IMG/VR virus record: IMGVR_UViG_3300034065_000151
Span: 1-64,000 of that record
Length of the DNA stretch: 64,000 nt
Strand: one strand, 5' to 3'
Source: a virus
Lineage: Duplodnaviria; Caudoviricetes
The notes under the pieces were generated by a model. The model saw only the letters and a list, made by a program, of their open reading frames with translations. It did no database searches and was not told the DNA's origin. The position numbers and the translations under genes were made by a program. This document shows, in pieces, positions 38,541-47,921 of the stretch. How positions within the stretch are numbered: the first letter of the stretch is position 1; the number at the start of each line of letters is the position of its first letter.

Positions 38541-38834
38541 TTAACCGGGTCCACCATCATAAGATTTGGTAGTGTTACTTTTAATTTCTGTCAACAATTC
38601 TATTACGGCGGAACTATCCACGGCAGGTTTTGTACCATCCATGTATATTAAATCTTTTAAAAGTTGGGTTTGTTTTTTGGCTTCTTCCAAAATCGCAAAG
38701 AGGAGATTGGCTTCCATACTATTACTTGTCATAATAGTTTGATCATAAAGATTCATATTAACATATGAAGAATGAATCATAGTATGTAGTGCAAATGTTA
38801 ATTCTTTTTTTGGTGCAGTCTCTGACATAATCAA
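38541..38834 (-). CDS. hypothetical protein
   Basis: First gene after the promoter at 38857-38885. Confidence 0.55.
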   Translation of the reverse strand: MIMSETAPKKELTFALHTMIHSSYVNMNLYDQTIMTSNSMEANLLFAILEEAKKQTQLLKDLIYMDGTKPAVDSSAVIELLTEIKSNTTKSYDGGPG

Positions 38835-38856
38835 TATCCCTTTAAAAGTTAAATTG

Positions 38857-38885
38857 ATTATATCATGATTATAGTTGAATGTAAA
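38857..38885 (-). promoter_or_regulatory. sigma70-type early promoter
   Basis: TTTACA-17-TATAAT with TG extension. Confidence 0.7.
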
Positions 38886-38890
38886 TTACT

Positions 38891-40036
38891 TTATATGACA
38901 AATGGTAAGGCTTCACCTTCAAATTGATCCTTACCTTCTTCATCATCATTATGTGCATCAGCATCAGGTGCTACTGATTCATAAACTATTTTCCTAGCCT
39001 TCTCGTCATAAGATGATAACCGTGTTAATAATTTCATAATTAATGTCATAGCCATAACAGCATCATCAGTACAACCAGTTTTTGCTTTGTAAGTATTACC
39101 AACTGAGATAAAGTTCTGTAACTCAAATAATAATGTTTCTGATCTAATATGTAAACCATCCTTAGAACCTTTTTCTAAAAGATTCTTTAACTGCATACAA
39201 GTTAACATTTTAACTTTGTTTGTTGTATAAACACCAAGTCTATTATCCTTTTCACTATATAAATCAACACCATCTATATAGACACCACCATCGGGGGATT
39301 CATCATTTTGTATAAGAGCAACTAATGCTTCACCAACACCATTACGTTCAAAGGTCCAAAGAATTTCAGAACGACCACCCATTTTCCCAGGCTTCCTTAG
39401 GAATTTGAATAACCATTTTATCTTGGCATAAATTAATGGTACATTAACTTGATTCAATCGAAGTTCAATGACCTGTTCTAATGAAGGGAATTCTACCACC
39501 TGTATAACAGTGAAGTCATTACCTGTACCAGTAGCAGGATCAATACCAACCAAATAGGTTTTATCACGGCCACCAAAGTCTTCTTTCCAGAATTTGAATC
39601 CCATATCTTCACGGATTGGTTGTGCGGCTTTAAGATATGACAATTTTAATGAGTCAAGTAACATTGCCTCAGATGAAATAAATTGACAATTATGGGAAAT
39701 TACCCCAGTAGTCATATAAGCACTACCACCCTCTACATCTAATAAATCATATAAAAACTGAGGTTCTTTTAATATTTTAACTGATAATATAGGATCATCA
39801 CCACCATCTATAGTAGTAAGTGACATTCCTGGTTCAATATGCTCAGCATCACACCAACCACATTCTACTAAAAATTTATGATGTAACCCACAAATAATTT
39901 TATTTGAAGTAGATATAATTTCAACAACTTCTTCATGCCAAGTTTTAGACATTCCACTAAAAGATTTCATTCCAGTTGGAGTCTGAATCTTTAAACCTTT
40001 AGTATTCTTTATTATTGATTGAGCCAAATTTTGCAT
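38891..40036 (-). CDS. terminase large subunit C-terminal half (nuclease) preceded by a 116-aa C-intein
   Basis: Intein blocks B (ICGLHHKF), F (LYDL..V), G (GVISHN/C); extein GIDPATG.G.D, ERNG.G, DDAVMA. Confidence 0.9.
   Translation of the reverse strand: MQNLAQSIIKNTKGLKIQTPTGMKSFSGMSKTWHEEVVEIISTSNKIICGLHHKFLVECGWCDAEHIEPGMSLTTIDGGDDPILSVKILKEPQFLYDLLDVEGGSAYMTTGVISHNCQFISSEAMLLDSLKLSYLKAAQPIREDMGFKFWKEDFGGRDKTYLVGIDPATGTGNDFTVIQVVEFPSLEQVIELRLNQVNVPLIYAKIKWLFKFLRKPGKMGGRSEILWTFERNGVGEALVALIQNDESPDGGVYIDGVDLYSEKDNRLGVYTTNKVKMLTCMQLKNLLEKGSKDGLHIRSETLLFELQNFISVGNTYKAKTGCTDDAVMAMTLIMKLLTRLSSYDEKARKIVYESVAPDADAHNDDEEGKDQFEGEALPFVI
39689..40036 (-). mobile_element. split intein, C-fragment (IntC, 116 aa)
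   Basis: Begins at Met, ends HN followed by Cys+1 (CQF). Confidence 0.88.
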
Positions 40037-41034
40037 TCTTCTATTACCTTATTAGGATTTTTCTTATAATCAGATTCCCATACAACTTTAACTTGAAATC
40101 CAGCATCTTCTACTATTTTTTTCTTTAAAGCATCATGTTCCCATATTTTACAAGCCATTCTTTTTTTATTTCGACCAATTAAAAAATCAGCATTATATTT
40201 TTTGGGATTACCATGCCAATAATCACCATTAAATTCTATAATTTTCATATTATAATTAAAATCATATATTTTTCCATTTACTGATTTTTCTTTAGTCTTT
40301 GGTTTAAACATTGCTTGATTATTAATATCTAAGTAACTAAATAATATTGAAGCAATTTTAGAATATCCAGCAAATTTATGTTTATTAGCAGGACATTCCA
40401 TACCATATCTTTTAATATTAGTCTTTCTACGTTTTTCTATATTACCTTGCTTTTCTTCTTGAGATTTTAAATTCCAATTATCACTAATTTTCTTACCATG
40501 AATATTCAATTCTTCTTCAGATTTATTAGCCCAAGTTTCTTTTGTCTTGTCCCAATTAGCATAATCTTCTCTACCATACTTACCTAACATTGTCACTTTA
40601 CGCTTCTGAGCTGTTCTTTCATATCCAGTTAACCCATCTTTACCAATTTTATTATTAGCTTCATCACATCGTTTTATCATCTCTATTTTTATATCTGGAT
40701 TATCTTTTAATGTTTTAGCTCTCTTAATATTACCCTCTAACTTACATTCATCAGATTTATTTTTACCAGCTTAACTATAGGCCTTACTAGTACATTCTTT
40801 ACTACCACATACTTCATGAAATATCCAATTTATACCATCATTACTTTTTAATTTAGTAGTGTTATCACAATATATACATTTTGGTGCAATCTGTTCATAC
40901 TTAACCACATAATCATGTAATGTTAAATTTTGTTTAGCTAATGATAATGAAAACTTACCATTAGTTAAACAATACTCCTTATTATCAATTAATGAATTGA
41001 TGTATTTCGATTTCCCCCGATTCAAGATTGGCAT
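40012..41034 (-). pseudogene. Vsr/EDxHD-like homing endonuclease interrupted by an in-frame TAA at 40771-40773
   Basis: ORFs 40771-41070 and 40012-40680 share a frame with 30 open codons between; YDF..KIIEFNGDYWHG..D..K; T...KYG repeats; N-terminal CxxC..C...C. Confidence 0.8.
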
Positions 41035-41095
41035 AAAGTTCTCCCATTGTAATTTGTCCAATACATGCATTTATAGAAGTTGAAGCACTAAGGCA
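40985..41095 (-). mobile_element. split intein, N-fragment (IntN, 36 aa)
   Basis: QEVL/CLSASTSI...GQITMGELYANL block A, then stop. Confidence 0.85.
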
Positions 41096-41869
41096 TAAAA
41101 CTTCCTGGGCAAAACCAATTGGTCCTAATTCACCTTTCATATCACTAAGATACTTTTCACCACGACCTGGAACTAAGTGCCATGGGAAATATTTTGGTTT
41201 GAAGTTGTTACCACCTGAGTTTGCTTCTCTCCAAAGAGTTGCAAATAAATCAGTATCTCCATTTGGTGTGGATGTAATAATCATATCACCACCTGTTGAA
41301 AGGGTTGGTGCAATAGAACGCCACATTTCAGTTTGGATTTTTGGTGAGATGAAAGCTAATTCATCAAGGTATAGTTTTGAAATTGCATAACCACGACCTG
41401 TCTTTGAAGTGGTAGCTTGGGAGATAATACGGGAACCATTATCAAATTCAATTCTGTGTTTGTTATAATACTTACAACCAGCCTTAAGCCAGTTAGGAAG
41501 TTCTTCATAAGCAAAGCGAATACGGTCCAGAATTTCCTGGGCATGGGTATCATTTTTAGATGCGATAACAATAGTCTTATCTTCATGGAACATTGCGAAC
41601 CATAATAAGAACATGGAAATAGTTTGGGTTTTACCAGACTGACGGGAAATAAGACCAATCAAACGAGATTCAGTTAAACAAGCCTGAACTAATTCTTCCT
41701 GGAAAGGATATAGATCAAACAACATAGTACCCTTGGTAGCATGTTGAAGATAAACATAATTTTTAATGAAATAGACTGGATCAACTCTACAACGTTTTAA
41801 TTCTTCTATGAGTTCTGGTGTATATTCAGATTCCGAAAATGCCTTTTTAATAAGTTCATTTTTAGCCAT
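40985..41869 (-). CDS. terminase large subunit N-terminal half (ATPase), T4 gp17-like, ending in the N-intein
   Basis: DPVYF..NY, LYPFQ, SRQSGKT Walker A, GRG, YLDELAF Walker B, TSTPNG. Confidence 0.93.
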   Translation of the reverse strand: MAKNELIKKAFSESEYTPELIEELKRCRVDPVYFIKNYVYLQHATKGTMLFDLYPFQEELVQACLTESRLIGLISRQSGKTQTISMFLLWFAMFHEDKTIVIASKNDTHAQEILDRIRFAYEELPNWLKAGCKYYNKHRIEFDNGSRIISQATTSKTGRGYAISKLYLDELAFISPKIQTEMWRSIAPTLSTGGDMIITSTPNGDTDLFATLWREANSGGNNFKPKYFPWHLVPGRGEKYLSDMKGELGPIGFAQEVLCLSASTSINACIGQITMGELYANLESGEIEIHQFIN

Positions 41870-41940
41870 GGTCCTACCTTTTAATATTAATCAATATACT
41901 ATTTACTGATAGTATATTATTTTTTTATCAATAAGTAGTT

Positions 41941-42285
41941 TTAATCGGGATTACGGATCATTGATTGTCGAGTGGTATAATCTTTATTACGACCTCGATT
42001 ATCTACAAAGCCAAAGGACTTATAAAATTTTTTGAGGCGGGTAAGAGAAGATGCACCAAATTCAATGGTTGGAGAAAGGGCAACTCTTTGTTTTGTGTTG
42101 TCTGCGTAAGCACAGACAGATTTCATAAATTTGGTACCAAGACCAGTTCTTTGTTTATCTTTATCAACTTTTATTATAGAAATAGTAATAGTACCTTTAT
42201 CTTCCCAGACAAATGCATCAATGCCAGGAGCAATAAAATTTTTACTAATATCACCTTCAGTAATAAATTGTTTAAAGGTTTTCAT
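41941..42285 (-). CDS. GNAT acetyltransferase with CTS-like leader
   Basis: MKTFKQFITE; I.V....QRTGLGT.FM, L..FYKSFGF. Confidence 0.75.
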   Translation of the reverse strand: MKTFKQFITEGDISKNFIAPGIDAFVWEDKGTITISIIKVDKDKQRTGLGTKFMKSVCAYADNTKQRVALSPTIEFGASSLTRLKKFYKSFGFVDNRGRNKDYTTRQSMIRNPD

Positions 42286-42827
42286 TCCAGTAAACCTTTT
42301 ACCTTAAGAATACTTGGATCCCAACAGATAAAGTGTACTGTATGACCATCTGACCCGGGAATTATAGTAAATCCTTGATAACCAAAAACTTGAAGTTTTT
42401 CTAAGTACTTTGCGGCTTCATGTCTATAAAAATCATACCATACCTGTTCTAATGCATTACGATAGATTGGATTATATTTACAAATAGAATCAGTAGCAAC
42501 ATCAATAGCTCTTGATTTATTCTGATCCCAATTATAAAGATCATCTGGATCAGGACATTTTGAAATAAGAATATGAATACCACGTCTAATAGTTTTTACT
42601 TTGTCTGTTAATATTTTAGATTTAACCATATTAACCTCCACTTCATGGATATACTTACCATAAATTTTTGCATCTTCTGGGTTATTAGTAAGATAAACAC
42701 CCGGACCACGAGTATCATGACCTTGACCTTTACCAAGATGATCTAATGAAAAACTTTCAATCTTAGTATTACTTCCATGGTACCAAATTTCTTTGGCTTC
42801 AATTAAATATTCTTTAAAAGTAATCAT
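42282..42827 (-). CDS. ADP-ribosyltransferase-like protein with CTS-like leader
   Basis: MITFKEYLIE; WYHGS..F....G.G..GPGVYLT....A..YG..GY.G. Confidence 0.7.
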   Translation of the reverse strand: MITFKEYLIEAKEIWYHGSNTKIESFSLDHLGKGQGHDTRGPGVYLTNNPEDAKIYGKYIHEVEVNMVKSKILTDKVKTIRRGIHILISKCPDPDDLYNWDQNKSRAIDVATDSICKYNPIYRNALEQVWYDFYRHEAAKYLEKLQVFGYQGFTIIPGSDGHTVHFICWDPSILKVKGLLE

Positions 42828-43555
42828 GGCTTCCATGCCTTTGCATATTCAAAAAAGTTTGATCCATCATGTTTCATATGGATAACATCTGCTCTGTCAA
42901 ATCTATAACACTTACTTGGATGTAATTTACCAGCATGCCCTAAGTGGGCACCACAATCAACAATTTTTAAAAGAAATTCATCATCCATTTTTGAAATTAA
43001 TTTTTTACCACCCTTAGCCCAGTACTCAATATCACCATCTTTTATTTTTTCTAAGTCTCTAACAGAAAGCCAAGCTTTAGCCATGTTAACTAATTCTTTT
43101 CCAATTGGTTTTAGTTTTTCATTTCTAATAGCATATTTTTCGTCTGCTTGATGCCATTTACTATTTTGATTAAGTAAATAATATAAAAACTCACCAATAC
43201 TATCTTCATCTGGAACAATATCATTAAAAGCAGTTCCAGTAAATTCAAATACAAAACCATACTGACCATAGACTTTAATATCTCTAGTACAATCTGATCC
43301 GGCCATATCACCACCAATACCATAAATCATTGCATATGGTAAATCAGTAGTTATATAAACCCTATCTTGTTGTGGTTTAAAATTTGACTTGGTTCTTTTA
43401 CCAGAATATTTAATTTCAGTATGAACTGGATCAAGTCCCTGTTCCCAAATACCTCGAGCAGCTTTTTCATTATTAGTTCCATGATAATAAACTTTAGCTT
43501 TATCAGATTCTCTAGGAGTAGCCATTTCAGCCACATATTGTTTAAATGTAATCAT
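42824..43555 (-). CDS. ADP-ribosyltransferase-like (H-Y type) protein with CTS-like leader
   Basis: MITFKQYVAE; YYHGT....I...GL..VYITT....A..YG. Confidence 0.65.
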   Translation of the reverse strand: MITFKQYVAEMATPRESDKAKVYYHGTNNEKAARGIWEQGLDPVHTEIKYSGKRTKSNFKPQQDRVYITTDLPYAMIYGIGGDMAGSDCTRDIKVYGQYGFVFEFTGTAFNDIVPDEDSIGEFLYYLLNQNSKWHQADEKYAIRNEKLKPIGKELVNMAKAWLSVRDLEKIKDGDIEYWAKGGKKLISKMDDEFLLKIVDCGAHLGHAGKLHPSKCYRFDRADVIHMKHDGSNFFEYAKAWKP

Positions 43556-44133
43556 AGGTGGAATAATATCTTTTCAATTTCATTAACAGTTTGATGATGT
43601 TTAAGTATATCAAAATGGCCAGTAGCAATAGGGATTACTAATTCTGCACATCCTGCTTCTTGCGAATTTATGCTTATAATGCCATCATTTGAACCATTAA
43701 TGAATGGATTGAACCCTTTGGTGCTAATAAGTGAAGCAAATTTACCGGTTATACGCGGTTGTACAGTCATCTTCTTAATTGTCCCACTTTGTGGGGTTAT
43801 ATCATCTAACACACCATAATTAGGTAGGAAATACTTAGTCGAGAACAAACTATCACTTCCACCAAATGGTGCTGATATAGTTACTAAATCTTTAACTTTA
43901 ATATTAGGTTGTAATGTTATAAGGTGGCCTAAGATACCACCGAGACTATGACCAACAATTGATATCTCAGTATCTGTAGGAATCTGTGATAATACTTCTT
44001 CAAGAATATTATCAATATTTTTAGATCCACTATAACTAATAAAAGTAGATTTATGAACAGAAAGCATCTCATCAATTAAGTTGAAAACTTCGGGACCACT
44101 TGCCATTCCATGTATCCAAACTATATGGTTCAT
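43552..44133 (-). CDS. alpha/beta hydrolase (lipase/esterase)
   Basis: IHG, GHSLGG, P.GGS, NDG, GH; no leader. Confidence 0.85.
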   Translation of the reverse strand: MNHIVWIHGMASGPEVFNLIDEMLSVHKSTFISYSGSKNIDNILEEVLSQIPTDTEISIVGHSLGGILGHLITLQPNIKVKDLVTISAPFGGSDSLFSTKYFLPNYGVLDDITPQSGTIKKMTVQPRITGKFASLISTKGFNPFINGSNDGIISINSQEAGCAELVIPIATGHFDILKHHQTVNEIEKILFHL

Positions 44134-44948
44134 TCGTCTATTTCTTCCTGGTCTATCTCTTTATAGTCTCGTATAGCATCACGTATAAAGTGCCATTGAT
44201 CTGCTTCAATCATTAATACAGGACCACCTACCCAAACCTCTTGTTCACCTAAATTATGATGAATATCTTTAGTTGTACAAACATCAAATTCTAAAGATTG
44301 TGGACTGTATGCCTTATAGATATCTGTTATAAATTGATTTGCAAATTCGTGAAGGGTACCCATATCATGAATTTCAAAAGCTTTTCTGAATACCTCAATT
44401 GCTTTTTCATCACCAGCTTCTAATTTACCAGCAAACTTTAAAAAACTTCTCCAACTTGATGGTTTAATTTCGGGAATATCTTCCCAATAGTCATTCATTC
44501 TGTTTATAGTGACAAATATACCAAATAAGGTTACTCTTGTTCTCCATAAATCATGACCACTACATACACCAATTTTTACACCATTATATGGAATAACAAC
44601 ATAAGGATCACCAAAACCTTGAGTATAATTAAGACGAGTTGAACAGACAAATGAGCGAGAACGTTTTGGGTATGCATTCATTAAAGGATTGTTATCCAAA
44701 ATGGTTGTATAGTAATTTGTTGTGTTTTCTGATTGACGACGAGTTAATGCTGGATTAACAGTATAGGCTTTATAGCCACCCAAACGTTGTGATTCACCAC
44801 GATACAATGGTTTATCTTTGATAGCCATCCATGTAGCATCAGAACATTTTGTTTTATAGATTTTAACAGCTTCATCAATGTCATATTTTTTATACATTGG
44901 GGTTTTTGTAATAGCTGCTTCGTCAAGGTATTCTTTAAATGTGATCAT
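44130..44948 (-). CDS. family A putative R-S-E ADP-ribosyltransferase with CTS-like leader
   Basis: MITFKEYLDE; LYRG..NYYT..YPKRSRSFVCST..EQEVW. Confidence 0.6.
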   Translation of the reverse strand: MITFKEYLDEAAITKTPMYKKYDIDEAVKIYKTKCSDATWMAIKDKPLYRGESQRLGGYKAYTVNPALTRRQSENTTNYYTTILDNNPLMNAYPKRSRSFVCSTRLNYTQGFGDPYVVIPYNGVKIGVCSGHDLWRTRVTLFGIFVTINRMNDYWEDIPEIKPSSWRSFLKFAGKLEAGDEKAIEVFRKAFEIHDMGTLHEFANQFITDIYKAYSPQSLEFDVCTTKDIHHNLGEQEVWVGGPVLMIEADQWHFIRDAIRDYKEIDQEEIDE

Positions 44949-45745
44949 GAAAGTTCTTCTTTAATATCTGCCCACATATTTAGCGAGATTAATAATACCG
45001 GACCACTTACCCACACTTCATTATTTCTGGCATCATGTGGAAAATCTTCAGTTGTGCAACATTCGAATCCTGTTTCTTCTGGACTATAAGCTGCCATGAC
45101 TGTTTCTAAGAAATCATTTCTGTGTTTATCTGCTTGTCCAAAACTGATAGCATGACCTAATCTGTTATAAGCAGCTTCACCACCAGCTTTAAGTAATTTA
45201 TCAAACTCAATCCATTTAGACCAGTCAGTTGAAGATAAATTTAAATCAGTGAATATAGTACGATTCATATTGGGTAAATTACGTTCTCTATTAAACAGAT
45301 TAATTTTAATATCCCAAATATCTTCTTCAGGTACTATCCCGATCTTAACTCCATTGTATGGAATCATTATCATAACATCATCAGTATTATGAGTGTACTG
45401 TTCAGCACGACCGAATGAGGTAGAAGCAATAAAACTTCTTGAACGTTTTGGATAGTCTTTCATACTAGGAATATTATCAAATATTAAAGTATAAAAGTTT
45501 GATGTATTTTGGCTAGCACGTTCTGTTTTAGATGGATCAACAGCTAAGCAACCAGTTTTATTTAATTTTTTAATTGTTGTTTCATTTCTTTCACCACGGT
45601 ACAACGGACGATCTTCACTGATCATCCACATTGCATCTCTGCAGTGACTCTTAATGGTTTTGATTGCGTCAGATAAATCAACGGGGCTATATTTCGGATC
45701 CCGTGTTTTGGCGCGCTCATTTAAAAAATCTTTAAAGGTTAGCAT
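44945..45745 (-). CDS. family A putative ADP-ribosyltransferase with CTS-like leader
   Basis: MLTFKDFLNE; LYRG..YPKRSRSFIASTS..NEVW. Confidence 0.6.
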   Translation of the reverse strand: MLTFKDFLNERAKTRDPKYSPVDLSDAIKTIKSHCRDAMWMISEDRPLYRGERNETTIKKLNKTGCLAVDPSKTERASQNTSNFYTLIFDNIPSMKDYPKRSRSFIASTSFGRAEQYTHNTDDVMIMIPYNGVKIGIVPEEDIWDIKINLFNRERNLPNMNRTIFTDLNLSSTDWSKWIEFDKLLKAGGEAAYNRLGHAISFGQADKHRNDFLETVMAAYSPEETGFECCTTEDFPHDARNNEVWVSGPVLLISLNMWADIKEELS

Positions 45746-45746
45746 T

Positions 45747-46070
45747 TTATTGACGTGTCAATTCTTTCCAGTTTACTAAAGGCATAGTAAGACGGATACT
45801 ACCCTTGCTGTCAATAATACTAACTTGTTCATTGTCACCAAGTTGAACTTTATAGTCACCAGCTTTAGCGATTACTTTTGGTTCTTCTTTTGATGGTTCT
45901 GAATTTGGTGGAGGTGTTTCTTGTTCAGTGCCTTCAGGACCTTGTTGTGAAGTAGCAGAACCCTGTGGCATGCCACCTTGAGTCTGTTTATCTAAACTAC
46001 CATTACCACCTGGCATATCATCTTCAGCAAGCTGGGTTGTGATTGCAGTAAGTTCTTTTAAAAAATTCAT
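45747..46070 (-). CDS. hypothetical protein, possible internal head protein
   Basis: MNFLKEL..LAE variant leader. Confidence 0.55.
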   Translation of the reverse strand: MNFLKELTAITTQLAEDDMPGGNGSLDKQTQGGMPQGSATSQQGPEGTEQETPPPNSEPSKEEPKVIAKAGDYKVQLGDNEQVSIIDSKGSIRLTMPLVNWKELTRQ

Positions 46071-46081
46071 TGTATTTCCTT

Positions 46082-46387
46082 TTATTTTGGGGTCTCGAAA
46101 TCGAGCGGGTTTTCATCCTTAGGGATAAAATATAACTGCTTGGCATCAGCACCATTTGGTGGATCAACTCTTGCAAACTTCTTATTCAAAAACGTGAATA
46201 GACTTATAATCCATGCACCACCAACAGTATCAATGACCTTATGCTTTTCTTCATGAGCTTTCATTAAGATATCATCTTTAACATCAAGAATTGAAACCAC
46301 ATCAGGAACACCTAATAATTTTTTAGCCATGGCAGATGCCTGAGCTTGTACTGCAATTTCAACTAGATACTGTTTGAATGTAATCAT
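46082..46387 (-). CDS. hypothetical protein with CTS-like leader
   Basis: MITFKQYLVE. Confidence 0.65.
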   Translation of the reverse strand: MITFKQYLVEIAVQAQASAMAKKLLGVPDVVSILDVKDDILMKAHEEKHKVIDTVGGAWIISLFTFLNKKFARVDPPNGADAKQLYFIPKDENPLDFETPK

Positions 46388-47190
46388 TTTCTTTCTCTAA
46401 CAACGCGTAAATTGGTAGCTTTAAGTTCAACTGTATCTGGATGATCTTCACCATCACGATCGAATTCAACAACAAAAGTCCTACCACCATCAATTGACTT
46501 ACCAACTTTAACAATAGTTGCTTCCCAACCCACTGCATCTTTTGGACCACTTTTAATCTTAACTCTTACACCCTTTTGGAATGGGGAAATATCATCAATA
46601 AATCCAGCAGATGCTTTTTTCTTTGCTACTGGCTTACCTTTGTTTTGTGATGACCAATGGCCTTTGTGAGCTTCATGTAATACTTTACCAGTACCTTCAT
46701 CAGCACCACCTTCTTCAGATGGGTCCCAAACACCAAAGCGACGATCGATACCAGGAACTTCTGCACTGACAGTCATCTTACCACCTTCCATACGGCCATT
46801 GAAACGCATCTTGGCAGCTTGGGTTGGATGGGATGTCTTAACAGCTTTCTTCCAATCATCAATATTCGTATATGTTACTTCTTCAGCAACTTTTAAAAGT
46901 TTTGCTTTAAAACCTTCAGCATATGAAGATACATCTTCTTTAACTTTTTTAGACTTGACTTTTTCACCAAGATCATCAATCTCTTGCTGCATCTTATTCA
47001 ATGTCTTTTCCAAATCTTTATAGGCTTTCTTCTCAGCAGTCAAATTCTTTAACTGACGCTGGAGCATGATAAACTTACGACGTTTATCAATAAGTGACTG
47101 GCGCATTAAGGCAATAGTATCCTCATTGGCTTTTGTAATAGCTGTTAGTTTGATAGCTTCATTAACTGGTTTGATATCACTGATTTTCAT
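46384..47190 (-). CDS. coiled-coil protein with C-terminal KOW/SH3-like region, possible head core protein
   Basis: MKISDIKPVNE leader; KGVRVKIKSGP..G.EATI; upstream AATAAATA. Confidence 0.55.
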   Translation of the reverse strand: MKISDIKPVNEAIKLTAITKANEDTIALMRQSLIDKRRKFIMLQRQLKNLTAEKKAYKDLEKTLNKMQQEIDDLGEKVKSKKVKEDVSSYAEGFKAKLLKVAEEVTYTNIDDWKKAVKTSHPTQAAKMRFNGRMEGGKMTVSAEVPGIDRRFGVWDPSEEGGADEGTGKVLHEAHKGHWSSQNKGKPVAKKKASAGFIDDISPFQKGVRVKIKSGPKDAVGWEATIVKVGKSIDGGRTFVVEFDRDGEDHPDTVELKATNLRVVRERK

Positions 47191-47222
47191 AGTATCCTCA
47201 AGATTGGTTAATTATTTATTGA

Positions 47223-47921
47223 TTATGACAACAATTTAACCACATCTCGTGTGAAACCATCATTCCAATTGAGTGTGTAATATTCAGTACAATGGATCAT
47301 AATTTCCGGACCATCACCATCACCCATTGCTTTTTTCAAATCATGGTCGATATATGGGTTAACCTTTTCTAAATACTTTTTAATAATCTCGGCATACTCC
47401 TCGGAATCCACTGGTGGTAAGGAAGTACTTAATTGTAAAGCATGGGTGATATCACCATAGCCTTCACGATTTTCATCACTTCTGTTTTCTTTGCTTTTCT
47501 TATTATCAAAGAAACGGTAAGCATCAAGGATTTTTGGAGACCATACATATTTGTATTCTCCTATTGGGAATACTATAAAAGCATCTCCATATTCTTCGGC
47601 GACATGACGACGGCCAGTTGTAAATACGGCATTACTTCTAAATTTGATACCAAACTTACTTTTGAAATAATTATCCAATACTTCATGGATTTCTTCAGAT
47701 GAATCTGTTGGACCACGATTGGTTCTTACTTTTTGTGTTGAGAATGCAGGAAGTTGCATATGACCGGAAACCCCACGCCATAAAGTATGATCATCCATAT
47801 TATTATAAGAGAATCCACTTTCCTTTAGGAAAGGTTGACAGTTAGCCTTAATCAAATCAGCAACTTGTTGAGGAGTCTGCTTTTCTTCTTTTTCATTTAG
47901 GAATTGTTTAAATGTTATCAT
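47223..47921 (-). CDS. family B putative ADP-ribosyltransferase with CTS-like leader
   Basis: MITFKQFLNE; LWRG..KFG..FRS.AVFTTG..A.EYG..FPIG..WS..PEIMIHC. Confidence 0.6.
   Translation of the reverse strand: MITFKQFLNEKEEKQTPQQVADLIKANCQPFLKESGFSYNNMDDHTLWRGVSGHMQLPAFSTQKVRTNRGPTDSSEEIHEVLDNYFKSKFGIKFRSNAVFTTGRRHVAEEYGDAFIVFPIGEYKYVWSPKILDAYRFFDNKKSKENRSDENREGYGDITHALQLSTSLPPVDSEEYAEIIKKYLEKVNPYIDHDLKKAMGDGDGPEIMIHCTEYYTLNWNDGFTRDVVKLLS

Noticed and set aside
40771-40773. Stop-codon reassignment as the explanation for the in-frame TAA
   Set aside because: TAA terminates many genes here and conserved genes are full length in code 11; this is an isolated lesion.
40037-40984. Group I intron in terL
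   Set aside because: Intein motifs on both sides explain the interruption, and the endonuclease frame fills the whole gap with no room for a recognisable ribozyme core.
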